Shown in pieces: positions 1 through 9,588 of a stretch of 64,000 nt of DNA. Each line of letters opens with the position of its first letter. Position 1 is the first letter of the stretch. The notes below the pieces were generated by a model. The model was given only the letters and a program-made list of their open reading frames with translations. It searched no databases and was not told where the DNA came from. The position numbers and the translations under genes are program-made. This DNA is from an uncultured Phycisphaerales bacterium (GTDB lineage: Bacteria > Planctomycetota > Phycisphaerae > Tepidisphaerales > Tepidisphaeraceae): positions 288,001 through 352,000 of the forward strand of contig CAVWLP010000002.1 of NCBI GenBank assembly GCA_963755915.1, in the 5' to 3' direction.

Positions 1-1547
1 TTGGCGGGGCCGCGGCGTTGGGAGGCGATATAGCTGCGGATGCGGCCGTCGCGTGCGGTGTCAGCGGCGCTGGCGCAGAAGCCGCTGGGAACTTTGCCGC
101 CGCGCCAGGCGGGGACGTGAGAGCCGCTGAGCGTGCAGAAGGTTCCACCGCCGAGGATGGCAACTGTTCCCTTGGGTGGGAGGGAGACCAACTGGAAGGT
201 TGTGCCGGGGTCGGGGTTGGCGAAATTTGGGAGGAGTTTTTGGGAGGAGCCGTCGGCCTGGATGACGAGTGCGCCGCGGTCGCGCTTGGCGGGCCCGCTG
301 GGGCGGGAGACAACCACGAAGCCGGGGGAATCGGGAGTGCCGGGCTGGATCGCGGGGTAGCTGATCCAGTAATTGGGATATTGGTAGAAATCGGGGGAAT
401 CGGAGGGGGCGGCCAATTCGTGGTCCTGGGCGGACATGACTTTGACGGGGAAGCCGGGCAGCGGAGAGCCGTCGAGATTGAAGGCGGCGACGTAGGCGGC
501 GGCATCAGGGGTAAGCCCGGTGGTGGGGAGTGGATCGGGCTGGCGGGTTAGCAAGTTAACCATGCCCATGTAGGTGAGAACGATTTCGGTTTTACCGTCG
601 CCCCTGAGGTCGACGGGGACGGGAGAAGCGTTGATGCAACCGGGGAGGGTGAGGAAGGGAGTGGTTGAGTCGGGGAGAGTTTTGTTTTTGGCAACGACGG
701 GGGCGGGTGGCGGCGGAACGGGAATGACGGACTGAATGGTCGGAGTGGGTGAAGAGGGGGTGGCCTCATAGATCCAACCGCAAATGCCGGCGAGGAGGGA
801 TGAGCCGATGGCGATGGCGGCGATCGTGCGGAGCAGGGTCAGGCGGGTGAATTTTTCGGCGAGGAGCCAGGCGGTTTTGGAGGCGGCGGTGGATTGGCCG
901 GCGGCAATGGCGCCCAGCGACGCGTGAAGGGAGGGGGGCATCGCCTCGGCGGCGCGAGCGGAGAGGGCTGCGCCGAGGGCGACGGCGCTGAGGGTGGCGG
1001 CGCGGGATCCGAGAAGGTTTCGCAGGCGCTGGAGGCCGCGGGAGAGGCGCTTCTTGGTGGCTTCTTCGGAGACGGACATGGCGGCGGCGACTTCGGGGAG
1101 GCTGAGGCCCTGGAAATAGCGGAGGAGGATGGATTGGCGATCGTGCTCGGGGAGGCGGGCCATGGCGCGATCGAGGATGGGGGAGATTTCATCCCAATCG
1201 AGATCGTCGGACAGATCGCTGGTTTGCCGGGCGTTTTCGGCGGCGGCTTGGTGTTCGTGACGCTTGCGGCGGTTTTCGATTCTCATGGCGTTTCGCGCGG
1301 TGAAATAGGTTGTTTTAAAGAGCCATCCGGCGAGGGCGGCGGGATTGCGAATCGAGGAGGCTTTGGAAAAGAGCAGGAGAAAGACGGCCTGGGTTACGTC
1401 CTGGGCGAGATGCTCATCGCGCACCTGACGGCGGGCGGCGGAATAGACGAGGGTAGCGTGGCGCTGGGCGAGCTGGCCGAGGAGGTCGCGAGAAAGAGTC
1501 TGGCGGCCCGGCTCCAAAAGGGCGGCATGCTGGGGCGGTGGGGGCAT
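1..1547 (-). CDS. ECF sigma-70 factor with long C-terminal extension (frameshifted, runs off window)
   Basis: Manual translation from ATG 1547 gives RHATLVYSAARRQVRDEHLAQDVTQAVF (sigma region 2). A region-4-like segment and a hydrophobic stretch follow in other frames. Confidence 0.75.
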   Translation of the reverse strand, partial: MPPPPQHAALLEPGRQTLSRDLLGQLAQRHATLVYSAARRQVRDEHLAQDVTQAVFLLLFSKASSIRNPAALAGWLFKTTYFTARNAMRIENRRKRHEHQAAAENARQTSDLSDDLDWDEISPILDRAMARLPEHDRQSILLRYFQGLSLPEVAAAMSVSEEATKKRLSRGLQRLRNLLGSRAATLSAVALGAALSARAAEAMPPSLHASLGAIAAGQSTAASKTAWLLAEKFTRLTLLRTIAAIAIGSSLLAGICGWIYEATPSSPTPTIQSVIPVPPPPAPVVAKNKTLPDSTTPFLTLPGCINASPVPVDLRGDGKTEIVLTYMGMVNLLTRQPDPLPTTGLTPDAAAYVAAFNLDGSPLPGFPVKVMSAQDHELAAPSDSPDFYQYPNYWISYPAIQPGTPDSPGFVVVSRPSGPAKRDRGALVIQADGSSQKLLPNFANPDPGTTFQLVSLPPKGTVAILGGGTFCTLSGSHVPAWRGGKVPSGFCASAADTARDGRIRSYIASQRRGPA

Positions 1548-1613
1548 GGGATATAGTGTACGTTGGGATTTGGGTGGGGACAGGAAAAGTTGGGGGCTGG
1601 GGATATCCCACTA

Positions 1614-2639
1614 GAGCATTTCCTTTTCCAAACTAGCGCCAGGCATCGACCTGTGCTAACCTCCGAAACAACAAGGAGGTTTTCATGGCTTCCCAGATCA
1701 CCCTCACCCGTCGATGGATCATCTCGGCCTATCAAGCCGGCAAGGGCACCAAGGAAATCGCCGCGATCTTCGGCCGGTGCGAATCAGCCGTTCGCCGCGT
1801 GCGGCAGAATCATCGCGAGCGCGGAACCGCGGACCCGCTGCTCCACCTTCGCGGCCGCAAAGGAAAACTCACCGACCAGATCAAAACGCAGCTCGGGCAA
1901 TTCGTGGCGGATCATCCCGACGCCACGCTCGCTGAAATCAAGGAGCAATTGCAACTGGACGTGGCGCTCTCCACGGTGGACCGTTGGGTCGGGAAGCTGG
2001 ATTTGTCCTTTAAAAAAAGTCCCTCCACGCCGCCGAGCAGGAGCGGCCCGACGTCGCCGAGGCGCGTGCGCAATGGGAACAAAACGTAAAGCAGGTCGAT
2101 CCCAATCGCCTGGTTTTTCTGGATGAATCCGGGGCCAAAACCAACTTCACCCGCCTGCGTGGCCGCTGCGCCCGGGGTGAACGATTGGTGTGCAGGGTCC
2201 CGGCCGGACACTGGAGCACGACCACCATGATCGCCGCGGTGCGAGTCGGCGGCGCCATCGCCGGCGCGGTGGTGAAAGGACCGATGGACGGCGACGTTTT
2301 CGTCGTGTGGGTGCGTGAGGCGCTGCTTCCAGGACTGCGGCCCGGCGACATCGTGGTGATGGACAATCTGCCGGCTCACAAGCGGCCGGCGGTGCGGGCG
2401 ATGATCGAAGCGGCGGGCTGTGAATTACGGCTGCTGCCGCCTTATTCTCCGGATTGGAATCCGATCGAGATGATGTGGAGCAAGGTGAAGCAGTTGATCC
2501 GCGGCGCCGAGCCCAGAACATTCGAAGCGTTGGTGGAGGCGGTGTTCAAGGCGATGGATGCAATCACGGCCAGCGACGCCGAGGGATTCTTTGAGCACTG
2601 CGGCTATCACCTTCCGCTAGCTTAATTTGGGAAATGCTC
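1614..2639 (+). mobile_element. IS630-family insertion sequence
   Basis: TIRs GAGCATTTCC / GGAAATGCTC, flanked by TA at 1612-1613 and 2640-2641. Confidence 0.93.
1685..2625 (+). CDS. IS630 transposase (orfA 1685-2089 + orfB, joined by -1 frameshift)
   Basis: N-terminal HTH; slippery TAAAAAAAG at 2011-2019; LVFLDESG, VVMDN and PPYSPDWNPIE DDE motifs. Confidence 0.92.
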
Positions 2640-2848
2640 TAACTCTCAAAATATCTCACTTTTAGGGGAAAGTGGAGCGGGAGATGGCCCGACCCGAGAA
2701 TGGCCGATGTTCTGCAAATGTGCGCGCCCGCGGACGAAAGGGGGAATTGGATTCCCCACTTTTCCCCAATTTTCCCCAATTTTTCTCAACTCTTCACGGA
2801 GGGAGGTCTTCGGGTGAGGGATAGTGCTAAACTCGATGTCCCGGAATG

Positions 2849-4340
2849 TTAATCCCGTTCGGCACGCAGGCTTCATCGGAGCATTCCAAAGCTGTGGAGG
2901 ACGCGAAACAATTGAAGCTTAGATACTTTTACTTTCCCCTGCTGCACGCCGGCGTCCGCAAGAGCGCAGCATCAACCGCGAGGTCTCCGCGGCGACGGAT
3001 TCCCCTTCAGTTTACTCCCAGTTTTTTCAAGGCCTCCGCTCTTGCCCTCAGCTTAATCCCGGTGTTATCCGGCTTGTTCAGGAATCGAAGCACGTCCTGT
3101 TCCTCGGCCAGCCCCAGCAGATACCAGCCGATCATGTTCCGCATCGCCTTGTTCGGCTTCCTGCCGCTGATCAGCTGAATCAGCACGCAGACGATCAGCG
3201 CGCAGTGGATTTGGATGTCGATCCCCTCCTGGCGTTGGCTCAGCAGGTGACGCATGCCCAGCAGTTGCTTGAAGATCCGGAAGAACAACTCAACGGTGTA
3301 GCGGTACAGATAAATCAGGGCGATCAATTCCGCCGGCAGGTCCAGCAGGTTCGTGTACAGGATGATCAGGTCCGTCGGCTTGTTGCCGCTGCGCGTGCGG
3401 CGCGGATGGGGTTTCACCTGCACTTCCACCCGTCGCACCACCCTATCCGCCGCCGTCTCCAGGCCGTCGAGTTTCACCAGCGCGTCTCGCACCACGCCGC
3501 CGTCCAATGCTTCCTGTGAAAGCAATCGTTCTTCAAACAGCTCAAACACCGAGTTTTCCGCGGCCCGCATCACAAAGGAGCTTTGCGCCGCGGCGATGTC
3601 CGCAAAGAGGCTCCGGTCGGCGTAGCCGCCGTCTCCTACATAGCACCGTCCTGCTTCCAGGCTGCGCCGCAGGACGTTGTTTTCACGGTTGGCCCCCGCG
3701 TTGCGAGCGCCAGTGCGGTCGAGGCGATGGACTTTGAACGTCTCCAGATCGAATTGAACGTGCAAACGCCAGCCATAGACCGCTTTCCCGTCCCGGGAGG
3801 TGTTGTAGCGCGCATCGATGCCGCAAGCGGATTTGGCCAGCCGACTCAGCGCCGTCAGCACCGTCCCGTCGACCAGCGTGATCGCCTGCCCAAAGTCCGC
3901 AAGACGCGGATCGGGCGCCTGGGGCAGTTCCCCCGCCAATTCCTCAATCAGCGGCGTCAAACGCCCCGGCTCGAACACCCGAACCGATTCAGAGAAACTG
4001 CCCACGGAAAAACGCTTAATTCCCAGCGCCTTGGCCACCTTGGGCAGTTCAGCAACCTCCTGAAGATCCCGCAGGGATTGGATCAGCGGATTCCAGGTGT
4101 AAAGCAAAACCAGCTTGCAATAATCGTCGAAGTGAAGCTGGCGGTTCCCGGCTCGATCCCGCTCACAGCCCACATCCCGCAGCGTGGGCAGCAGCGCGAA
4201 GACGCGCCGCAGATGTCCGAGGCACAGGATCTCTTTTTCCTTCAGTCTTGCCTGCACGTCCGGCAGCATGCCATAAAAAGATCAAAGGCGCAATCTCAAT
4301 ATCTTGCTGCTTGCGCGAACCCCGTGCCGAACGGGATTAA
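2849..4340 (-). mobile_element. IS4-family insertion sequence
   Basis: Perfect 18-bp TIR TTAATCCCGTTCGGCACG (2849-2866 / 4323-4340). Direct repeat CGGAATG at 2842-2848 and 4341-4347. Confidence 0.92.
3007..4269 (-). CDS. IS4-family DDE transposase
   Basis: LVDGT and VGDGGY motifs; YLYRYTVELFFRIFKQ (Y-2-R-3-E-6-K signature). Confidence 0.92.
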   Translation of the reverse strand: MLPDVQARLKEKEILCLGHLRRVFALLPTLRDVGCERDRAGNRQLHFDDYCKLVLLYTWNPLIQSLRDLQEVAELPKVAKALGIKRFSVGSFSESVRVFEPGRLTPLIEELAGELPQAPDPRLADFGQAITLVDGTVLTALSRLAKSACGIDARYNTSRDGKAVYGWRLHVQFDLETFKVHRLDRTGARNAGANRENNVLRRSLEAGRCYVGDGGYADRSLFADIAAAQSSFVMRAAENSVFELFEERLLSQEALDGGVVRDALVKLDGLETAADRVVRRVEVQVKPHPRRTRSGNKPTDLIILYTNLLDLPAELIALIYLYRYTVELFFRIFKQLLGMRHLLSQRQEGIDIQIHCALIVCVLIQLISGRKPNKAMRNMIGWYLLGLAEEQDVLRFLNKPDNTGIKLRARAEALKKLGVN

Positions 4341-4592
4341 CGGAATGTCCCGTTTTGGCCCGAATCTACGGAATTTTCTTTCGGATAGTGCGCGCGTCGA
4401 AGGCAAATTTTGTCGACTGGAAACATCCGGCTCGTTCCCATCATAGAGATCGTGCATGGGAAATATCACGCCTCTATATACAGGTCCAAAGGGTGTACGT
4501 TTTGGACCTATTTTGGAAAAATCTCGCGGATTTTTTTGCGGGTGATGAGAATGCAAAGGATTTGATAAACGGGGTGGTGGTTATCGGAAGAC

Positions 4593-4626
4593 GCGCCCCG
4601 CAAGCGGGGGCGGCTACACGGGGGAG
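4593..4626. repeat. REP-like hairpin (GCAAG loop + CGGCTACACGGGG tail)
   Basis: A related copy with compensatory stem changes lies at 61982-62013. Confidence 0.6.
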
Positions 4627-4651
4627 AGGGGATGTGTTTGAGTGATACGAT

Positions 4652-4942
4652 TCAGTCGGGCTGGAGAAAACCGGGCGCGACGCGCCAGGGGATGCCGGCG
4701 TCGGTGATGATGGTGACGGATTTGCGGTTGTGGGATTTGATGAAGCCGCGGACAAGTTCGCCGGTGGAGGAGGTGAAGCGGACGCGCTGGCCGAGGCGGA
4801 AATTCATCATCTGGCCGTGACTGCGGATCTGCTGCATGAGGCGCAGGCGGGCGACGACGATCTGGTTTAGCTGGGCGAGCTCGTCTTCGGTGAGGAGATC
4901 GAGGACTGAGAGGACTGCAGGGAGATTTTGGGTTTCGGGCAT
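4652..4942 (-). CDS. Hypothetical protein, about 96 aa (helical N-terminus, SH3/KOW-like C-terminus)
   Basis: Protein-like ORF starting MPETQNLP; FRLGQRVRF...WRVAPGFL. Confidence 0.6.
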   Translation of the reverse strand: MPETQNLPAVLSVLDLLTEDELAQLNQIVVARLRLMQQIRSHGQMMNFRLGQRVRFTSSTGELVRGFIKSHNRKSVTIITDAGIPWRVAPGFLQPD

Positions 4943-5001
4943 GCGGGAGATCATCTGGAATTGGGGGGAGAGTGTCGAGGGATTTTCGCGGGCGACCAAA
5001 C

Positions 5002-5041
5002 CCCCTCCCCAACCCTCCCCCGGAGTACCGGGGGCGGGGGA
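5002..5041. repeat. Palindromic repeat family A (CCCTCACCCCAACCCTCTCCCGGAGTACCGGGAGAGGG-like)
   Basis: Related copies at about 6201, 8052, 13232, 18104, 26123, 54016 and 59012. Confidence 0.85.
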
Positions 5042-5162
5042 AGATACGGGAGATGGTCGCAAGGTTGTCCGCGCAATCCGTGGCATCTTGTCGCGGGCGT
5101 TGCGGTGGGGTTGCGTCGCGGAGGTAAATCGAGAGAGTGATACGCTTTTCCGGCCAAATTGC

Positions 5163-6269
5163 GTGCGAAGCGAAGGGTATAATCCGGCAGTTCACTGGAT
5201 GGCGCTGATTACGGCGGCGGCGACGTTTCCGCTGATTTTTATGGGGGGGCTGGTGACGAGCCATGGGGCCGGGATGTCGGTGCCGGACTGGCCGAACTCG
5301 TGGGGATATAACATGTTCACCTTTCCGCCCAGTAAATGGGTGGGGGGAATCCTTTTCGAGCATACGCATCGGCTGGCTGGGGCGTTTGTGGGGATGCTTT
5401 CGATTGCGCTAGCGGCTACCGCGTGGGCGAGCGATGGGCGAAGATGGGTGAGGTGGACGGCTACGGCCGTTCTGCTGGCGGTTTGTGTGCAGGGGACGAT
5501 CGGGGGGCTGCGAGTCGTGCTGAGCCAGAAAGATCTGGCGATCGTTCATGGGTGCGCGGCGCAGATTTTCTTCTGCTTTATCGCGTCGTTTTGCGTGATG
5601 ACCTCGAGGTTCTGGGCCGAGGAGAGGGAAACGGGCGATTTTCGCGGAGCGAGGCGCGTCATGGGGGCGGCGATGATTGCGACGGGGATTATTCTGGTAC
5701 AGCTTGTCGTCGGAGCGATCATGCGGCACAGCGACGCCGGGCTGGCGATTCCGGATTTTCCGACGAGCTATGGAAACTGGCTGCCGCCGACACGGATCGA
5801 TGCGGCGTTTCGGGAGCGGGCGATTCATCAGTTTGGGTATAACCTGGGGCTGAATCGGGTGACGCTGTTTCAGATCTGGATTCATTTTTCGCACCGGATT
5901 GGGGCGGTGCTGGTGAGTGCGGCGGTGATTTCGCTGGCGGGAGTTATTTTTGTCGGGGGGCCGCGGCGGAAGGCGTTTATGCGGCCGGGGGTGGGGGTGC
6001 TGATCCTGCTGGTGACGCAGGTAACGCTGGGAATCCTCACGGTTTTGCTGCGCAAGCCGGCGGATGTGGCTTCGGCGCATGTGGCGGTGGGGTCGCTACT
6101 GCTGGTGACGGTGTGGACGATCGCCATGCGGGCGATTGGGGTGGTAATGGCCCGCCGGGCTGCGCAAGGAGATCACAGGTCGTTCGAAACTTACTCGGGG
6201 CCCTCACCCCAACCCTCTCCCGGATTACCGGGAGAGGGGGATAAGAGCGGAATGCAGCTTCAATATTGA
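5163..6269 (+). CDS. ctaA: Heme A synthase (COX15/CtaA)
   Basis: GGLVTS..AGMSVPDWP, FEHTHRL, HFSHR and ASAH heme-ligand motifs; multiple TM helices; start approximate. Confidence 0.9.
   Translation: MRSEGYNPAVHWMALITAAATFPLIFMGGLVTSHGAGMSVPDWPNSWGYNMFTFPPSKWVGGILFEHTHRLAGAFVGMLSIALAATAWASDGRRWVRWTATAVLLAVCVQGTIGGLRVVLSQKDLAIVHGCAAQIFFCFIASFCVMTSRFWAEERETGDFRGARRVMGAAMIATGIILVQLVVGAIMRHSDAGLAIPDFPTSYGNWLPPTRIDAAFRERAIHQFGYNLGLNRVTLFQIWIHFSHRIGAVLVSAAVISLAGVIFVGGPRRKAFMRPGVGVLILLVTQVTLGILTVLLRKPADVASAHVAVGSLLLVTVWTIAMRAIGVVMARRAAQGDHRSFETYSGPSPQPSPGLPGEGDKSGMQLQY
6201..6240. repeat. Palindromic repeat family A, inside ctaA 3' end
   Basis: ccctcaccccaaccctctcccggattaccgggagagggg. Confidence 0.85.
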
Positions 6270-6303
6270 CAGCATGAAGCCTAAGATGGCGAGACCATAG
6301 AAC

Positions 6304-7203
6304 GTGAATACCGCGACGAACATTTACGATCTGACATCCGCAGAACCCGTAGCGGCGTGGCGGGATTTTTATGAGCTGACCAAGCCGCGGATGAATTTGT
6401 TGATTCTGGGGACGACGACGGTGGGGTTTTCGATCGCGGCGCGGACGATGGAGCAGTGGCGGCATCTGCCGGCGACGCTCATCGGCACGGCGCTGTGCGC
6501 CGCCAGCGCGGCGATTTTGAACCAGGTGCTGGAGCGCGAGCATGATGCCAAGATGCGGCGGACGGCGCAGCGGCCGCTGCCGACGGGGAGGATTCCGGTT
6601 CGGCAGGCGGTGGCGCTGGGAATTGCGGCGGGGATCGCGGGGAGCGTTTTTCTGTTGCTGTTCGTGAACTGGATGACGGCGCTGCTGGGGACGGTGACGC
6701 TGGCGAGTTACATCCTGGTTTATACGCCGCTGAAGCGGATTACCACGCTGAATACGATTGTGGGGGCGATTCCGGGGGCGATTCCGCCGGTGATGGGGTG
6801 GACGGCGGTGACGGGGTCGATGGCGCCGGCGGCGCTGACATTGTTCGGCATTCTGTTCGTCTGGCAGGTGCCGCATTTTCTGGCGATCGCGACGCTCTAT
6901 CGCGAGGATTACCGGCTGGGGGGGTTTAAGATGCTGCCCGTCGAGGATCCGGGGCTGGGGCGGACGGCGCGGCAGATGGTGCTTTATAGCGCGGCGCTGT
7001 TGCCTGTCAGCTTGATGCCGGTGATGGCGCATGTGGCGGGGCAGGTTTACGCGGTGTGTGCCGTGGGGCTGGGAGTGATGTTTTTTGGGTTTGCGGTTTT
7101 GTGTGCGACACATCGGACGAGAACCGCTGCGAGGAAATTGTTTTTTGCTTCGATTATTTATCTGCCGGTGCTGCTGGGGGTGCTGGTGTTGGACAGAATT
7201 TGA
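6304..7203 (+). CDS. ctaB: Protoheme IX farnesyltransferase (heme O synthase)
   Basis: LTKPR, NQVLEREHDAKMRRTAQRPLPTG, YTPLKR and WQVPHF motifs. Confidence 0.95.
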   Translation: MNTATNIYDLTSAEPVAAWRDFYELTKPRMNLLILGTTTVGFSIAARTMEQWRHLPATLIGTALCAASAAILNQVLEREHDAKMRRTAQRPLPTGRIPVRQAVALGIAAGIAGSVFLLLFVNWMTALLGTVTLASYILVYTPLKRITTLNTIVGAIPGAIPPVMGWTAVTGSMAPAALTLFGILFVWQVPHFLAIATLYREDYRLGGFKMLPVEDPGLGRTARQMVLYSAALLPVSLMPVMAHVAGQVYAVCAVGLGVMFFGFAVLCATHRTRTAARKLFFASIIYLPVLLGVLVLDRI

Positions 7204-7204
7204 A

Positions 7205-7287
7205 TTGCCTATTTCCTATTGCCTATTTCCTATTGAAGGGCGGGCACTTCTTTTTAAATAGGTAATGGGAAATGGGAAATAGGCAAT
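7205..7287. repeat. Inverted heptamer tandem repeats (hairpin, possible terminator)
   Basis: TTGCCTATTTCCTA repeats face AATAGGTAATGGGAAATGGGAAATAGGCAAT. Confidence 0.6.
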
Positions 7288-7298
7288 AAGATACTTCG

Positions 7299-8006
7299 AT
7301 GTGGTTCCGCATCCTGATTAATTCTGCGATTGCTCTGGCGTTATTGTCTATCGCCGGCTGCGGGCGGGATTCTTATGATAATTCCGCGCGGCCTGTGGCT
7401 TCGGGGGATGGGGTGATTGAGGGGAAGGTGACGATTTCGGGGTTTGTGCCGGCGATGAAGACGATTCCGGGGTCGCCAATGGCGCCGGATGAGTCGATTG
7501 TTGTGGGGACGGGACAAGGGCTCAAGAATGTGATTGTGTTTTTGAAGGATGCGCCGCGGGCGAATTTTGTTTTGGCGGAGCCGGCGGTGCTGGATCAGAT
7601 CAAGTGCATTTACGTGCCGCACGTGCTGGCGGTGCAGGTGGGGCAGACGCTGCGGATCAAGTCGAGCGATGCGTGCATGCATAACGTGCATTTCAAATCG
7701 GCGGTGAATCCGGATTCGAATTATGGGTTTCCCACCATGGGGCAGAAGGATATTACGCTGGCGTATGCGGAGGCGCCGTTTCCGGTAAGGTGCGATGTGC
7801 ATCCGTGGATGAATGCGTGGGTTGGGGTGTTCGATCATCCGTGGTTTGCGGTTACCGGGGAGGATGGGAGTTTCAGGATTGGGAAGGTGCCGGCGGGGAA
7901 ATATACGCTGGTGGCGTGGCAGGAGACGCTGCCGGAGCAGGAGGAGGAGATTACGGTGACTTCGCCGGGGAGTATTGAAGCGGATTTTACGTTTGAGGCG
8001 CCGTGA
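7299..8006 (+). CDS. Lipoprotein with cupredoxin-like and carboxypeptidase-regulatory-like domains
   Basis: Lipobox IAGC; LDQIKCIYVPHV, HNVH and CDVHPWM motifs. Confidence 0.8.
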   Translation: MWFRILINSAIALALLSIAGCGRDSYDNSARPVASGDGVIEGKVTISGFVPAMKTIPGSPMAPDESIVVGTGQGLKNVIVFLKDAPRANFVLAEPAVLDQIKCIYVPHVLAVQVGQTLRIKSSDACMHNVHFKSAVNPDSNYGFPTMGQKDITLAYAEAPFPVRCDVHPWMNAWVGVFDHPWFAVTGEDGSFRIGKVPAGKYTLVAWQETLPEQEEEITVTSPGSIEADFTFEAP

Positions 8007-8051
8007 TGGAGGCAAGGGGTGATCAAATTCTCGACCGGACTGCGCGGGGCT

Positions 8052-8089
8052 CTCACCCCTGCCCTCTCCCGGAGTACCGGGAGAGGGGG
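8052..8089. repeat. Palindromic repeat family A
   Basis: ctcacccctgccctctcccggagtaccgggagagggg. Confidence 0.85.
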
Positions 8090-8139
8090 AGAAGGGGGAA
8101 AATGCGCGGCAAAAGGAGGCGGTTGTTGAGATTGAGAGG

Positions 8140-9123
8140 TTGAGCCATCGGTATGGGGATCGGGCGGCGCTGAGCGATCTTTCGCTTCAGGTGTTTCGGG
8201 GGGAGATATTTGGATTTTTGGGGCCGAATGGGAGCGGGAAGACGACGCTGTTTCGGATTCTCTCTACGCTGATTCCGGCGGAGCCGGGGAAGGTGAAGAT
8301 TCTGGGGTATGGGTTGCCGGGGGAGCGCGATTCGGTGCGACGGCATATCGGGGTGGTGTTTCAGTCGCCTAGTCTCGATAAGCAGTTGTCGGCGGAAGAG
8401 AATCTTCGGCAGCAGGGGAGGCTTTATGGGTTGTATGGGAAGGAATTGACGGGGCGAATCGATCGGCTGCTGGAGCGGGTGAATCTGCTGGATCGAAAGA
8501 GGGAACGCGTGGATGGGTTTTCGGGGGGGATGCGGAGGCGGGTGGAGATCGCCAAGGGGCTGTTGCATGGGCCGAAGATTTTGCTGCTGGATGAGCCGAG
8601 TACCGGGCTGGATCCGGCGGCGCGGATCGACCTTTGGCGATTGCTTACCGAGATTCAGCGGAATGAGGGGGTGACGGTTTTGCTGACGACGCATTTGATG
8701 GATGAGGGGGACCGGTGCTCGCGGCTGGCGATCCTGGACCGGGGGAAGCTGGCGGCGTGCGATACGCCAATGGCGATGAAGGAGAAGATCGGGGGGGATG
8801 TGATCAGTCTGTCTACGCGGGAACCAGCGAGCGTGGCGAGGACGATTCGGGAGCGGTTTGGGTTGGAGACGGAGCCGGTGGAGAATGTGGTGAGGCTGGA
8901 GCGGCCGCGCGGGCATGAGTTTGTGCCGCAGCTCATCGAGGCGATGCCGGGGCTGATCGATTCGGTGTCGGTGGGGAAGCCGACGCTGGAGGATGTGTTT
9001 ATCCGGGTGACGGGGCGGTTTTTTCGGGATGATGAGCCTCAAGGCCGGGAGGGTGGGTCACGGGGGAGTGGCTCGCCGCGGGGTGGGTCAGGGGGGAATG
9101 GGTCATCGGAGAATGGGCGGTGA
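8140..9123 (+). CDS. ABC transporter ATP-binding protein (DrrA/CcmA-like)
   Basis: GPNGSGKT, FSGGMRRR, LLLDEP, TTH; C-terminal PTLEDVF. Confidence 0.92.
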   Translation: MSHRYGDRAALSDLSLQVFRGEIFGFLGPNGSGKTTLFRILSTLIPAEPGKVKILGYGLPGERDSVRRHIGVVFQSPSLDKQLSAEENLRQQGRLYGLYGKELTGRIDRLLERVNLLDRKRERVDGFSGGMRRRVEIAKGLLHGPKILLLDEPSTGLDPAARIDLWRLLTEIQRNEGVTVLLTTHLMDEGDRCSRLAILDRGKLAACDTPMAMKEKIGGDVISLSTREPASVARTIRERFGLETEPVENVVRLERPRGHEFVPQLIEAMPGLIDSVSVGKPTLEDVFIRVTGRFFRDDEPQGREGGSRGSGSPRGGSGGNGSSENGR

Positions 9124-9451
9124 GGGCGCGGCGGGCGATTTTGACGCTGAGGTTTTGGCCGCCGATCTCCAGCATGCCGTCTTCGCTGAGGGTGACGGCG
9201 CCGTGGAGGGAGTAGAAGACTTGCTTTCCCTTCCGGCGATTGGCGATCATGTTGTTGATTCGAAGCAGCCCCAGATGATGGCTTACCGTCGGTTGAGGGA
9301 GCTTCAATTCATCGCAAATGGATGTTACGTTTCGCTCCCCCTTGGCGAGGGAGAGAAGGATGTTTACGCGTGTTTTGTCGGAGAGGAGGCGGAAGAGGAA
9401 GACGAGACGATCGAGATCCTGGTCCAACGCCGAGACGTCCAGCAAAGACAT
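8999..9451 (-). CDS. ArsR/SmtB-family transcriptional regulator
   Basis: FRLLSDKTRVNIL...QPTVSHHLGLLR...RKGKQVFYSL. Confidence 0.9.
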   Translation of the reverse strand: MSLLDVSALDQDLDRLVFLFRLLSDKTRVNILLSLAKGERNVTSICDELKLPQPTVSHHLGLLRINNMIANRRKGKQVFYSLHGAVTLSEDGMLEIGGQNLSVKIARRALTAHSPMTHSPLTHPAASHSPVTHPPGLEAHHPEKTAPSPG

Positions 9452-9588
9452 ACAGACTCCTGCATTCGTTCTTGGGCATTCATGGAGGAGCTCGTGGTGA
9501 AGCTCATGGCGGTTGGAGAGATTATATTAACCTAAATTTGTCCTGAGGGAAGAGCAGCATATTTTGTTTCGACAAGGCGAGAGAACCA

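Noticed and set aside
8999-9123. 125-bp convergent overlap of the ABC ATPase and ArsR genes
   Set aside because: Both tails are low-complexity and probably reflect a repeat tract or an indel rather than a functional overlap.
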